Shown here: in pieces, positions 45,412 through 56,574 of the stretch
Layout of the letters: every line of letters starts with the position of its first letter
Position numbering within the stretch: the first letter of the stretch is position 1
Assembly: GCA_963727525.1 (NCBI GenBank)
Contig: CAVSGO010000005.1
Location: 512,001-576,000, forward strand
DNA length: 64,000 nt
Reading direction: 5' to 3'
Source of the DNA: an uncultured bacterium
GTDB taxonomy: Bacteria; Krumholzibacteriota; Krumholzibacteriia; LZORAL124-64-63
Program-made: the position numbers and the translations under genes
Notes under the pieces: generated by a model
The model's input: the letters and a program-made list of their open reading frames with translations, nothing else
What the model was told of the DNA's origin: nothing
Database searches by the model: none

Positions 45412-45963
45412 CTACGCACGCCGGAACGGCACACCCAGCAACTTCAGAAGTTCGCGTCCCTCTTCGTCATTACTGGCGGTGGTGACGATGGTCACATTCA
45501 TACCCCGAGGTTCGTCGACCTTGTCGTAGTCGATCTCGGGGAAGATCAACTGGTCCTTCAAGCCGAGCGTGTAGTCGCCGCTTCCACTGAACTTCGCCGG
45601 CACGCCGCGGAAGTCGCGGATGCGCGGCAGCGCGATGTTGATGAAGCGGTCGAGGAACTCCCACATCCGTTCGTCACGCAGCGTGACGCGGGCGCCGATC
45701 GGCATGCCGGCGCGCACCTTGAAGTTCGAGATGGACTTACGGGCACGGGTCTTGACGGCCTTCTGCCCGGTGATCTTCTCGAGGTCCGCGACCGCGTTCT
45801 CCAGCAGCTTCGGGTTCTGCGGCGCGCGTCCGAGTCCCATGTTGAGCACGACCTTCACCGGCTTCGGGACCTGCATCGCGCTCTGGTACTGGAACTTCTC
45901 ATGCAGCGCGGGCACGACGTCACCTTCGTAAACCACCCGCAGCCGCGGCTTGCTCTTGGCCAT
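45412..45963 (-). CDS. rplE: 50S ribosomal protein L5
   Basis: [21 protein letters not shown]. Confidence 0.98.
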   Translation of the reverse strand: MAKSKPRLRVVYEGDVVPALHEKFQYQSAMQVPKPVKVVLNMGLGRAPQNPKLLENAVADLEKITGQKAVKTRARKSISNFKVRAGMPIGARVTLRDERMWEFLDRFINIALPRIRDFRGVPAKFSGSGDYTLGLKDQLIFPEIDYDKVDEPRGMNVTIVTTASNDEEGRELLKLLGVPFRRA

Positions 45964-46002
45964 TTCTCCTACCTCCCGACGCGATCAAGTCGTTCAGACA
46001 TC

Positions 46003-46317
46003 TCAGTCGCTCAGCATTTCGCCGCTCTTCTTGCTCACCCGAGCACGGCTGCCGTCCGACAGGATCGCCTTGCCGATTCGCGTCGGCTGCTTCGTGTTGG
46101 GACAGACCAGCATGACGTTGGAAGCGTTGATCGGCGCCTCCTTCTCGATGATGCCGCCCTGCGGACTGTCCTGATTCGGACGCTGGTGCCGCTTGATCAG
46201 ATTGATCTTCTCGATGATGACGCGGTTGGCGTTCGGAAAGACCTTGAGCACCGCGCCTTCCTTGCCCTTGTCGTTGCCCGCCATGACACGGACCCTGTCA
46301 CCCTTCTTGATCCGCAT
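46003..46317 (-). CDS. rplX: 50S ribosomal protein L24
   Basis: IKKGD.V.V.AG.DKGK, EAPI..SNV. Confidence 0.97.
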   Translation of the reverse strand: MRIKKGDRVRVMAGNDKGKEGAVLKVFPNANRVIIEKINLIKRHQRPNQDSPQGGIIEKEAPINASNVMLVCPNTKQPTRIGKAILSDGSRARVSKKSGEMLSD

Positions 46318-46688
46318 CACCAGACCTCCGGCGCCAGCGAAACAATCTTCATGAACTTGCGATCACGCAGCTCGCGGGCCACCGGCCCGAAGATGCGCGT
46401 CCCGATGGGCTCCTTGCCCTCACTGTCCAGAACGACGGCCGCGTTCTCGCTGAACCGGATGTACGAACCATCCTTGCGGCCGATTTCCTTCCGTGTGCGC
46501 ACCACCACGCACTTGATGACTTGCCCCTTCTTGACGTTGCCATTCGGGATGGCCGTCTTGACGGCGGCGACGATCACGTCACCGACGCGGGCATAACGAC
46601 GACCCGTGCCACCGAGTATACGGATGCACATCGCCGTCTTGGCGCCGGAGTTGTCTGCGATGTTGAATCGCGTGTATTCCTGAATCAT
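46317..46688 (-). CDS. rplN: 50S ribosomal protein L14
   Basis: MIQ...[25 protein letters not shown]. Confidence 0.98.
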   Translation of the reverse strand: MIQEYTRFNIADNSGAKTAMCIRILGGTGRRYARVGDVIVAAVKTAIPNGNVKKGQVIKCVVVRTRKEIGRKDGSYIRFSENAAVVLDSEGKEPIGTRIFGPVARELRDRKFMKIVSLAPEVW

Positions 46689-46709
46689 GTTCCCGTTCCT
46701 CCGGCCAGA

Positions 46710-46973
46710 TTACTTGGCCCGCTCCAGAACCTCTGCTACCCGCCAGCGCTTCGTCTTCGAGAGAGGCCGGGCGGACATGATCTTGACGACGTCACCGATC
46801 TGGCACGAGTTCTCCTCGTCATGCGCGACCAGCTTGGACGACTGCGTGACGATCCGCTTGTAGAGCGGATGCGGGAACCGGCGGCTGATCCGCACGATCA
46901 CGGTCTTCTCCATCTTGTTGGAGACGACCGTGCCAATCCTGACCGCCCTCAGGTTACGTTCGGTGTTGGCCAT
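46710..46973 (-). CDS. rpsQ: 30S ribosomal protein S17
   Basis: G.VVS.KM.KT, HPLY, RPLSKTKRW. Confidence 0.97.
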   Translation of the reverse strand: MANTERNLRAVRIGTVVSNKMEKTVIVRISRRFPHPLYKRIVTQSSKLVAHDEENSCQIGDVVKIMSARPLSKTKRWRVAEVLERAK

Positions 46974-47013
46974 GTTTCTCTACTCCTTGCCACCCGTCGC
47001 CGGGGGCGCACCG

Positions 47014-47223
47014 TTATCCCTGGGCGGCGGCACGCCGCTTCTCGTTGATCACCGTCTTGATCGTCGCGAGCTCGCGCCGCGCGTTGCGGACGGACAGCGG
47101 ATTGTCGATCTGACGCAGCTTCAACCGCATGCGCAGATTCATCACCTCTTCGGCCTTCTCCCGCTCGATCGCGATGAGATCCTCGACCGCGAGATCGCGG
47201 TAGTCGTGCGCTTTCTTCGACAT
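47014..47223 (-). CDS. rpmC: 50S ribosomal protein L29
   Basis: NLR....Q..NP...R..RR..A.IKT; synteny. Confidence 0.92.
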   Translation of the reverse strand: MSKKAHDYRDLAVEDLIAIEREKAEEVMNLRMRLKLRQIDNPLSVRNARRELATIKTVINEKRRAAAQG

Positions 47224-47226
47224 CGG

Positions 47227-47643
47227 TCACTCTCCATGCTGACGGCTGACGATCCGCGTCTTGAACGGAAGCTTGGCGGCGCCCAGGATCAGGGCCTCCT
47301 TGGCCAACTCCGGCGATACGCCGTCGATCTCGTAGATGATGCGTCCCGGCTTGATCACCGCGACCCAGTACTCCGGTGCGCCCTTGCCTTTGCCCATACG
47401 GGTCTCGGCGGGCTTCAGGGTGATCGGCTTGTCCGGAAAGACCCGGATCCACACCTTACCCAGTCGCTTCATCTTGCGGGTGATGGCGACACGCGCGGCC
47501 TCGATCTGCCGGCTCTTCATCCAGCCCGGCTCGATGGCCTGCAGGCCGTAGTCGCCGAAGGCCACCGTCGTTCCGCGCGTGGCGAGACCGCGGCGACGGC
47601 CCTTCATCATTTTCCGGAACTTTGTGCGCTTCGGCATCAACAT
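47227..47643 (-). CDS. rplP: 50S ribosomal protein L16
   Basis: [24 protein letters not shown]. Confidence 0.98.
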   Translation of the reverse strand: MLMPKRTKFRKMMKGRRRGLATRGTTVAFGDYGLQAIEPGWMKSRQIEAARVAITRKMKRLGKVWIRVFPDKPITLKPAETRMGKGKGAPEYWVAVIKPGRIIYEIDGVSPELAKEALILGAAKLPFKTRIVSRQHGE

Positions 47644-47727
47644 GGTTCGTTTACCTCTCTCACCTGGGCGCGCTTGGCGCCCTCGGACCGTACGTCGACG
47701 GTGGTCTAGCTCTTCTGTCCCGGACGA

Positions 47728-48402
47728 CTAGCTTCGTTCCCTGACGACCTGGGCCCGCATCTGTTCCTTGTACTCGGACGGGAAGATCTCGCCCTTGCAG
47801 ATCCACACCTTGACGCCGATGGTGCCGTAGGCCGACTTGCCCACCGACGTACCGTAGTCGATGTCCGCGCGCAGTGTGTGCAGAGGCACGCTACCGTCGG
47901 CATAGCTCTCAACACGCGCCATCTCGGCGCCGCCGAGGCGGCCGGCGCAACGCACGCGGATGCCGCGGGCGCCCATGCGCATCGCCGTGGAGATCGCTTT
48001 CTTCATGGCGCGACGGAAGGAGACGCGATTGGCGAGCTGCACCGCGATGTGATCCGCCACCAGCGGGGCGCTCAGTTCCGGCTTCTTCACTTCCTCGACA
48101 TCCAACTTCACGCTCTTGCCGATCATCTTCTGCAACTCGGCCCGCAGCTGGTCCGCCTGCGCGCCCTTGCGCCCGATCACGACACCCGGCCGGCTCGTCG
48201 CGACGATGATGTTCACCTTCTCGCGGAAACGCTTGATCTTGATCGAGGCCAGCCCGGCAGCTCCGACCCGCGCAGAGATGTACTTGCGCAGGAGGATGTC
48301 CTCGTTCAGCCAGTCCGCGAAACTCTTGGCGCTGAACCAGGTGGAGTTCCAGTCCTTGACGACCCCGAGCCGAAATCCGACCGGATGCGTTTTCTGACCC
48401 AT
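47728..48402 (-). CDS. rpsC: 30S ribosomal protein S3
   Basis: [32 protein letters not shown]. Confidence 0.98.
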   Translation of the reverse strand: MGQKTHPVGFRLGVVKDWNSTWFSAKSFADWLNEDILLRKYISARVGAAGLASIKIKRFREKVNIIVATSRPGVVIGRKGAQADQLRAELQKMIGKSVKLDVEEVKKPELSAPLVADHIAVQLANRVSFRRAMKKAISTAMRMGARGIRVRCAGRLGGAEMARVESYADGSVPLHTLRADIDYGTSVGKSAYGTIGVKVWICKGEIFPSEYKEQMRAQVVRERS

Positions 48403-48419
48403 GATCTAATCTTCCTCCG

Positions 48420-48767
48420 CTAGTCCAAAGTCTGGACGACCACCTTGATGTGGCTCATCCGCTTCAAGATTCCAAATGCGCGCCCCTGCGACCGCGGCTG
48501 GATGCGCTTCATCGTCGGCCCTTCGTCGATCCGGATCTCCTTCACCAGCAGCTCGTCATCCGCGAGCTTGGCGCCCGTGGTGACCTGCTGCTGCACGTTG
48601 GCGCGGGCCGAGAGGATGGTCTTGCGCACCAGCGGCGACGCCTTCTTCGGCGTCAAAGCCAGGATGCCCAGAGCTTCCTGCACGGTCTTGCCTCGCACGA
48701 GGTCCGCCACCAGACGGGCCTTCTTGGACGAGATCAGGATGTAGCGGGAGACGGCAGTTGCCTCCAT
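48420..48767 (-). CDS. rplV: 50S ribosomal protein L22
   Basis: S..KARLVADLVRG, DEGP..KR..PR..GRA. Confidence 0.96.
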   Translation of the reverse strand: MEATAVSRYILISSKKARLVADLVRGKTVQEALGILALTPKKASPLVRKTILSARANVQQQVTTGAKLADDELLVKEIRIDEGPTMKRIQPRSQGRAFGILKRMSHIKVVVQTLD

Positions 48768-48789
48768 CTCGTCAACCTCCAACCGTTCG

Positions 48790-49059
48790 CTACTTCTTCT
48801 TCTTGCTGGTGTGGCCACGATACGTGCGTGTGGGCGCGAACTCGCCCAGCTTGTGGCCAACCATGTTCTCCTGGACATAAACGGGCACGAACTGCTTGCC
48901 ATTGTGCACCGCAATCGTGTGTCCCAGGAACTCGGGCACGATCGTCGAGCGACGCGACCAGGTCTTCACGACCCGCTTCTCGCTCTTCGAGTTGAGCGTG
49001 CTCACTTTCGTGACCAGATGGCCGTCGACGAACGGGCCCTTCTTGATCGATCTCGCCAT
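48790..49059 (-). CDS. rpsS: 30S ribosomal protein S19
   Basis: RS.KKGPF, TWSRRS, GHKLGEF. Confidence 0.98.
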   Translation of the reverse strand: MARSIKKGPFVDGHLVTKVSTLNSKSEKRVVKTWSRRSTIVPEFLGHTIAVHNGKQFVPVYVQENMVGHKLGEFAPTRTYRGHTSKKKK

Positions 49060-49098
49060 GCCTACCGTATCCTCCGTCGCGTATACCGCTTGGGCGGC

Positions 49099-49929
49099 CT
49101 ACTTGTTGACCTTGCGCCGGCGCACGATGAAGGCGTCGGACGGCTGCTTCTTGCGCGTCTTGTAACCTTTGGTGGGCTTGCCCCACGGCGTGGTCGGATG
49201 CCGGCCGCCGCTCGTGCGGCCTTCACCACCTCCGTGCGGATGGTCCACCGGATTCATCGCCACGCCGCGCACGGTGGGGCGGAAGCCCAGCCAGCGCGTA
49301 CGGCCAGCCTTGCCGCTGACCACGTTCTCGTGCTCGGAGTTGCCGACCTCGCCGATCGTCGCATAGCAGTTCTTGTGTACCATGCGCACCTCGCCGCTCG
49401 GCAAACGCAGGGTGACGCGGTCACCCTCCTTCGCCATGAGCTGCGCGTAGGCACCGGCGCTGCGCACGATCTGGCCGCCGCGGCCGATGTTCAGCTCGAC
49501 GTTGTGCACCAGCGTTCCCAGCGGGATCCGCTCGAGCGGCAGCGCGTTGCCCGCGTTGTACGACGCATCCGGCCCGGCGACCACGGTGTCTCCGACGTTG
49601 AGGCCCTTCGGCCGGATGATGTAGCGCTTCTCGCCGTCGGCATAGACCAGGAGCGCGATCCGGGCACTGCGATTGGGATCGTACTCGATCGCCACGACTC
49701 GCGCCGGAACTTCCAGCTTGTTGCGCTTGAAGTCGATCTTGCGGTAGCGCCGCTTGTGGCCGCCGCCGCGGTGCCGAACCGTGATCCGACCGGTATTGTT
49801 GCGGCCGCCCTTCTTGTTGAGGGGCTCCAGCAACGACTTCTCCGGCTCCGTCTTCGTGATCTCGCCGAAGTCGGCGACGGTCCGGAAACGCTGGGTCGGC
49901 GTCCTTGGCTTGAGCTTTCTGATGGCCAT
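49099..49929 (-). CDS. rplB: 50S ribosomal protein L2
   Basis: [24 protein letters not shown]. Confidence 0.98.
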   Translation of the reverse strand: MAIRKLKPRTPTQRFRTVADFGEITKTEPEKSLLEPLNKKGGRNNTGRITVRHRGGGHKRRYRKIDFKRNKLEVPARVVAIEYDPNRSARIALLVYADGEKRYIIRPKGLNVGDTVVAGPDASYNAGNALPLERIPLGTLVHNVELNIGRGGQIVRSAGAYAQLMAKEGDRVTLRLPSGEVRMVHKNCYATIGEVGNSEHENVVSGKAGRTRWLGFRPTVRGVAMNPVDHPHGGGEGRTSGGRHPTTPWGKPTKGYKTRKKQPSDAFIVRRRKVNK

Positions 49930-49964
49930 CTCTCTCGTCTCCTCTGCCCCGGCCCGGGGAATTC

Positions 49965-50011
49965 GTCGAACGAATCTGGACCTGGTCGAACGGGTCTAGA
50001 CCTGGTCGAAC
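49965..50011. repeat. 20-nt-period tandem repeat at the rplW 3' end
   Basis: TCT(G/A)GACCTGGTCGAAC at 49975 and 49995, plus a third GTCGAAC at 49965. Confidence 0.7.
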
Positions 50012-50286
50012 AAATCGATCGTATCGCCCTCGGCGAGGGTCACGATGGCTTTCTTCCAGTCCGCGCGCTTGCCGGAAAACCGGCCCTGCCGCTTGATCTT
50101 GCCCAGCACGTTCATGGTGGTGACTTCGAGCACCTTCACACCGAAGTAATGCTCCACCGCCTGCCGCACCTCGTGCTTGTTCGCGTGCGGATGCACCTCG
50201 AAAATGTACTTGTTGTCCCGCTCACGCAGGAACGCGCAGCGCTCGGTGATCAGCGGCTTGCGCACTACCTGGCTCAGGTCTTTCAT
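49996..50286 (-). CDS. rplW: 50S ribosomal protein L23
   Basis: PLITE, F.V...ANK, WKKAIVTL. Confidence 0.96.
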   Translation of the reverse strand: MKDLSQVVRKPLITERCAFLRERDNKYIFEVHPHANKHEVRQAVEHYFGVKVLEVTTMNVLGKIKRQGRFSGKRADWKKAIVTLAEGDTIDLFDQV

Positions 50287-50909
50287 GCGAACACCTCCGC
50301 CGCGGTGTCCAGTGCGCTCTGCATGAACACCAGGTTGTCGGCCCAGAGGATGGTGTAAGCGTTCAACTCGTCGCTCCTCAGGACGCGCACGCCCTTCAGA
50401 TTGCGCCAAGACTTGAACAGCGTGTCGCCCTGGCCGGTGAGTACCACCAGCGTGTGCCGACCTTCCAGCGACATCGACGCGAGCAGCTTCGCCATGCGCG
50501 ACGTCTTGGGCGCGTCGAGGCTGAAATCCTCGATCACGGCCACACGCTCGCTGGCCGCGCGATCGCTGAGAGCCGACTTCAACGCCAGGCGCTTGATCTT
50601 GCGCGGCAGCACGTAGCCGTAATCGCGCGGATGCGGCCCGTGGGCACGGCCGCCACCGACGCGGCTCGCGCTGCGGATCTGACCCATGCGGGCCCGACCG
50701 GTGCCCTTCTGGCGGAACATCTTCGACTTCGAACCGACCACCTCGGCCCGCGTCTTGGTGTCATGCGTGCCCTGACGCTGGTTTGCCAGGTAGCAGCGGA
50801 CGGCCTCGTACAGGGCCTGTCGATGCACTGGCTGCTCGAAGAGGGCCGCCGGCAGATCCACCGTGCCCTTCTGCTCGCCCGTGCTCGTGAATAGCTTCGC
50901 CGTTGCCAT
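50283..50909 (-). CDS. rplD: 50S ribosomal protein L4
   Basis: RQGTH.TK.R, RQKGTGRAR. Confidence 0.97.
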   Translation of the reverse strand: MATAKLFTSTGEQKGTVDLPAALFEQPVHRQALYEAVRCYLANQRQGTHDTKTRAEVVGSKSKMFRQKGTGRARMGQIRSASRVGGGRAHGPHPRDYGYVLPRKIKRLALKSALSDRAASERVAVIEDFSLDAPKTSRMAKLLASMSLEGRHTLVVLTGQGDTLFKSWRNLKGVRVLRSDELNAYTILWADNLVFMQSALDTAAEVFA

Positions 50910-50945
50910 GATCTCGACCTCGTCTCGCCGGTTGATCCGGACGTC

Positions 50946-51566
50946 CTACCGGCAGGGCCGGATGAACACGACTCCATTGCGATGGCCGGGCACACTGCCA
51001 CGCACCATCAGAAGGTTGCGCTCTTTGTCGATCTCGACGACCACCAGGTTCTTCTTGGTTTCCCGCTTGTTGCCGTACTGGCCCGCCATGGGGTGACCCT
51101 TGAGCACGCGGCCCGGGAATTCGCACATGGCGATGCCGCCCGGCTCGCGCACGTTCTTGGAACCATGCGACGACGGGCCCCGGTGCTGACCATGCCGCTT
51201 GATGCGTCCCGAGAAGCCGCGCCCCTTGGTGGTGCCCACCACGTCGACCTTCAGCGCGCCCTCGAGCACCGACAGATCGACGACGTCGCCCAGCTTGAAG
51301 GCACTCTTGCCGTCGAGTCGATACTCGCACAGAGTCCGCAGCGGCTCGCAGCCCGCCTTGCGGAAGTGCCCCTGCATCGGCATGGGCGTGTTCTTGGGCT
51401 TCTTCTTGCCGAAGCCGAGCTGCACGGCGCTGTAACCGTCGCGAGCGTCCGTCCGGACCTGGGTAACCACGCAGGGTCCAGCCTCGATCACCGTCACGGG
51501 CACCGCGCGACCGTCTTCCATGAAGCGGCGGGTCATGCCGAGCTTCTTGCCGATCAGTCCGATCAT
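50946..51566 (-). CDS. rplC: 50S ribosomal protein L3
   Basis: GKKLGMT, DGY.AVQ, KGRGF.G, GSVPG. Confidence 0.97.
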   Translation of the reverse strand: MIGLIGKKLGMTRRFMEDGRAVPVTVIEAGPCVVTQVRTDARDGYSAVQLGFGKKKPKNTPMPMQGHFRKAGCEPLRTLCEYRLDGKSAFKLGDVVDLSVLEGALKVDVVGTTKGRGFSGRIKRHGQHRGPSSHGSKNVREPGGIAMCEFPGRVLKGHPMAGQYGNKRETKKNLVVVEIDKERNLLMVRGSVPGHRNGVVFIRPCR

Positions 51567-51599
51567 TGTCTCGCTCCCTTACTCTCGCCCAGGGCGGAG

Positions 51600-51908
51600 T
51601 CAGGCCTTGATCTCTACATCCACGCTCGCCGGTAGCGTCAGCTTGCGCAGAAACTCCGTGGTCTGCGGCGTCGAGTTCTCGATCTCGATCAACCGCTTGT
51701 GGATCCGAATCTCGAACTGCTCGCGGGACTTCTTGTCCACGTGCGGCGAGCGCAGAACCGTGTACACCGAGCGTCGCGTCGGCAAGGGAATCGGTCCGCG
51801 TACGAGCGCGCCCGTCTTGAGCACGGTCGCCACGATGACCTCCGCCGACTTGTCGAGCACCGCGGCCTCATAGGCTCGCAGCTTGATCTTGATCTTCTGA
51901 CGCGCCAC
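51600..51908 (-). CDS. rpsJ: 30S ribosomal protein S10
   Basis: [20 protein letters not shown]. Confidence 0.98.
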   Translation of the reverse strand: MARQKIKIKLRAYEAAVLDKSAEVIVATVLKTGALVRGPIPLPTRRSVYTVLRSPHVDKKSREQFEIRIHKRLIEIENSTPQTTEFLRKLTLPASVDVEIKA

Positions 51909-52039
51909 ACCTGCTCCTTTGCGATGGCTACTCCAGCATCGCCTTCCGGTCCCGTCTGACAGGGCATGCCGGATGGCGCCTGCTCACCTGTCGCGTGTCC
52001 GAGGCGGGGCAGCGGGATGCCGCCCCTGTCGGTTCCGCT

Positions 52040-53233
<1,194 letters not shown>

Positions 53234-53260
53234 GACCGGCAACCTCCTCGCGGGGCGTTC

Positions 53261-55342
53261 CTACGCGCCCACGTACAGCCGCGTGATATTCGCGGCGATC
53301 TTATCCGGCACGCGTTCATAGCGCGCCAGCTGCATGGTGTACACGCCCCGCCCCTGGGTCAACGACCGGAGCTGGGTGGCGTACCCGAACATCTCGATGA
53401 GCGGCACTTCTGCCTGGACGGTGCGATCCTCGCGGATCCGCTCCATGCCGGTGATCTTGCCCCTCTTGGCATTGAGGTGACCCGTGACCTCGCCCAGATA
53501 GGACTCCGGCACGACCACCTCGACATGCATGACCGGCTCGAGCAGAACCGGCCCGGCGTCGCGCGCGCCGTTCCAGAAAGCTTCGCTGGCGGCATACGCG
53601 AAATCCGCCGCCATCGACTCACCCTCGGCCTGCGCCGCACCCAGGACCGTGATCTGCAGATCCACGAGAGCGTATCCCGCCAGAATCCCGGTCTCGGCCG
53701 CTTGTCGGGCGCCGCCCTCGATCGCAGCCACGAACTCGGCCGGCAGGGCGTCCGGTCCGAGCTTGTTCGTGAAGCCCACACCAGTACCGTATTCGCCCGG
53801 CGCCAGCCCCAGCTTCACTTTGGCGTAGTTGCCGCGCCCCACGAGCTCCCGCCTGTGCTCGAACTCGTACTCCACAGCCTTGGTGATGGTCTCGCGGAAA
53901 GCCACCTGGGGCCGCCCCACGTTGCAGGCCACCTTGAATTCGCGCTGCAGGCGATCGGCGATGATCTCCAGATGCAGCTCGCCCATGCCCCAGATCACGG
54001 TCTGCCCGCTGTCGGGATCGATCTTCACCTGGAAGGTGGGATCCTCGTAGCTGAGCGCCTGCAGGGCATCGCCGAGCTTGTCACCGTCGGCCTTGGTGCG
54101 CGGCTCGATGGCCACGTAGATCACCGGCTCGGGGAATGTCATCGCCTCGAGCAGGATCGGCGCCTCCAGGTCCGACAACGTCGAGCCCGTACGCAGTTCC
54201 TTCGGCCCGACGAGCGCCACGATGTCGCCGGTGCGGGCCTCGGGCAGCTCCTCGCGCTTGTCGGCGTGCATGCGGAAGAGCTTCTGCACGCGCTCGCGCT
54301 TGCCGGTGGTCACGTTCAGGGCCACCTTGCCGGCCTCGAGCGAGCCGCTGTACACGCGGGCGAAGGCCAGCGTGCCGGCGTGCTGGTCGGTGACCAGCTT
54401 GAAGACGAGCGCGCTCAGCGGCGCGTCATCATCGGGATCGCGGCTGATGGCCTCGCCGGTGCGGGGATCGGTACCCTTCACGGCCGGACGGTCGAGCGGC
54501 GACGGCAGGAAATCCACCACGCCGTCGAGCAGACGTTGCACGCCCTTGTTCTTGAGGGCCGAGCCGCAGAACACCGGCACGAGTTCGTCGCGCAGGGTGC
54601 CCAGGCGCAGAGCCGCCCGGAGCTGATCGACGCTGGGCTCCTGCTCGGCGACGAACAGTTCCATGACGCTCTCGTCGATCTCCGCGGCGGCCTCCACCAG
54701 TGCCGCGCGGGCCCGGGCCACCTCGTCGCTCATCTCGGCCGGCACAGGGACCTCGTCCCACGTGGCGCCCAGGTCCTCGTCGTGGGAGACGAAGGCGCGC
54801 ATCTCGATGAGGTCCACCACACCGCGGTACGCGTCCTCGGCACCGATAGGCAGTACCACGGGCACCGGCCGCGCGTGCAGGCGATCCTTCATCATCTGCA
54901 CCACGCGCCAGAAGTCGGCGCCCAGGCGATCCATCTTGTTGACGAAAGCGAGGCGCGGCACGCTGTACTTGTCGGCCTGTTTCCACACGGTCTCGCTCTG
55001 CGGCTCCACGCCGCCGACACCGCAGAACACCGCCACAGCCCCATCCAGGACGCGCAAGCTGCGTTCGACTTCGACCGTGAAGTCCACGTGCCCCGGCGTG
55101 TCGATCAGGTTGATCCAGTGATCGCGCCATTGGGTCGTCGTGGCGGCCGAGGTGATCGTGATGCCGCGCTCCTTCTCCTGCTCCATATAGTCCATCTGGG
55201 CGGCGCCGTCATCGACCTCGCCTGGCTTGTGCACACGGCCGGTATAGAACAGGATCCGCTCAGTCGTCGTCGTCTTACCGGCGTCGATATGAGCCATGAT
55301 CCCGATATTCCGGACCCTGGACAGTGCCACCTTGCGACTCAC
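53261..55342 (-). CDS. fusA: Elongation factor G (divergent domain IV)
   Basis: [33 protein letters not shown]; position in the str operon. Confidence 0.95.
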   Translation of the reverse strand: MSRKVALSRVRNIGIMAHIDAGKTTTTERILFYTGRVHKPGEVDDGAAQMDYMEQEKERGITITSAATTTQWRDHWINLIDTPGHVDFTVEVERSLRVLDGAVAVFCGVGGVEPQSETVWKQADKYSVPRLAFVNKMDRLGADFWRVVQMMKDRLHARPVPVVLPIGAEDAYRGVVDLIEMRAFVSHDEDLGATWDEVPVPAEMSDEVARARAALVEAAAEIDESVMELFVAEQEPSVDQLRAALRLGTLRDELVPVFCGSALKNKGVQRLLDGVVDFLPSPLDRPAVKGTDPRTGEAISRDPDDDAPLSALVFKLVTDQHAGTLAFARVYSGSLEAGKVALNVTTGKRERVQKLFRMHADKREELPEARTGDIVALVGPKELRTGSTLSDLEAPILLEAMTFPEPVIYVAIEPRTKADGDKLGDALQALSYEDPTFQVKIDPDSGQTVIWGMGELHLEIIADRLQREFKVACNVGRPQVAFRETITKAVEYEFEHRRELVGRGNYAKVKLGLAPGEYGTGVGFTNKLGPDALPAEFVAAIEGGARQAAETGILAGYALVDLQITVLGAAQAEGESMAADFAYAASEAFWNGARDAGPVLLEPVMHVEVVVPESYLGEVTGHLNAKRGKITGMERIREDRTVQAEVPLIEMFGYATQLRSLTQGRGVYTMQLARYERVPDKIAANITRLYVGA

Positions 55343-55536
55343 GCAAGTCTCCCAGCTGCGCGACGGTGGAAAAACTTCCACCCGCGACAAAATGACGCGC
55401 GCAGGACCATGCCGGTCTGCACGACTCCCTTGCCTCTAGCCCCCTCGCATCCGTGCGCGGGTGGCGTGATCAGGCTATTGCGATGTTTCGATCCGTCTGC
55501 TTTGTCCAGCGCTGTAGGAACGAACGAGAGGGACCT

Positions 55537-56007
55537 TTACCAACGGCAGTGGGCGAACGCCTTGTTCGCATCAGCCATGCGGTGGGTATCCTCGCGCTTC
55601 TTGATAGACGGTCCTTCGTTCTTTGCTGCCAGCATGAGCTCGGCCGCGAGCCGTTCCGCAAAGGTGTGCTCGGGCCGGGTTCGCGCGAATCCAATGATCC
55701 ACCGCAGGGCCAGCTGGGTCCGCCGCTCGGGTCGGACTTCCACCGGCACCTGGTAGGTGGCGCCACCGATTCGCCGAGACTTCACCTCGACACCCGGTTT
55801 CACGTTGTTCAGAGCCGAGCGGAAGATATCGATGCCTTCCTGCCCCGTCCTATCCTTGATGAGGTCGAAGGCGCCATAGATCGACCGCTCCGAAGTGCTG
55901 CGCTTGCCATCGAACATGGTATAGTTGATCAGCTTCGTCACCAGCACATCACCGTGACGGGGGTCGGGCGGGAGATTTCGCCTCTCCGGGGAACGACGTC
56001 GCGACAT
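55537..56007 (-). CDS. rpsG: 30S ribosomal protein S7
   Basis: SRRIGGATYQVP, MADANKAFAH. Confidence 0.98.
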   Translation of the reverse strand: MSRRRSPERRNLPPDPRHGDVLVTKLINYTMFDGKRSTSERSIYGAFDLIKDRTGQEGIDIFRSALNNVKPGVEVKSRRIGGATYQVPVEVRPERRTQLALRWIIGFARTRPEHTFAERLAAELMLAAKNEGPSIKKREDTHRMADANKAFAHCRW

Positions 56008-56035
56008 CTGTCCAGCTCCTGCTACTTGCTCGAGA

Positions 56036-56413
56036 CTACTTATTCTTGGGCCGCTTGGCCCCGTACTTCGAACGACCGCGGCGCCGACCGTCCACACCGG
56101 ACGCATCCTGAGTACCGCGGATGATGTGGTATCGCACACCCGGCAGATCCTTCACACGGCCGCCGCGCACGAGCACGATGCTGTGCTCCTGCAGGTTGTG
56201 ACCCTCGCCGGGGATGTAGGCCGTCACCTCGATGCCGTTGGTCAGACGCACGCGTGCGATCTTGCGCAGCGCGGAATTCGGCTTCTTCGGCGTCTGGGTG
56301 TACACGCGGGTGCACACGCCCTTGCGCTGCGGGCACGACTGCAGGGCCGGGCACTTGCTCTTCGTTTCCGGCGCGGTACGGCCCTTGCGGACCAACTGAT
56401 TCAGTGTCGGCAA
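56036..56413 (-). CDS. rpsL: 30S ribosomal protein S12
   Basis: [22 protein letters not shown]. Confidence 0.99.
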   Translation of the reverse strand: MPTLNQLVRKGRTAPETKSKCPALQSCPQRKGVCTRVYTQTPKKPNSALRKIARVRLTNGIEVTAYIPGEGHNLQEHSIVLVRGGRVKDLPGVRYHIIRGTQDASGVDGRRRGRSKYGAKRPKNK

Positions 56414-56521
56414 GACTCTTGCTCCTGCTCACGCGCCCGCAAACGGGCGGGCGGAAAAACTCGACAGACACGGACAACCGCGGCAGGGCACTTCTCTGGC
56501 CGCTTGCCGCGCAAGGGACGA

Positions 56522-56550
56522 ATGATAGTGAGGCTGGCGGTCTATGTCAA
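56522..56550 (-). promoter_or_regulatory. Sigma70-type promoter of the str operon
   Basis: Minus strand TTGACA-N17-TATCAT upstream of rpsL. Confidence 0.8.
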
Positions 56551-56574
56551 GCACCGCCAGCCCGTTTTCAGTCC

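Noticed and set aside
47644-47730. rpsC TAG is in frame with rplP through a stop-free 84-nt spacer (possible S3-L16 read-through)
   Set aside because: Easily chance in GC-rich DNA; rplP has its own GAGG RBS and there is no recoding signal.
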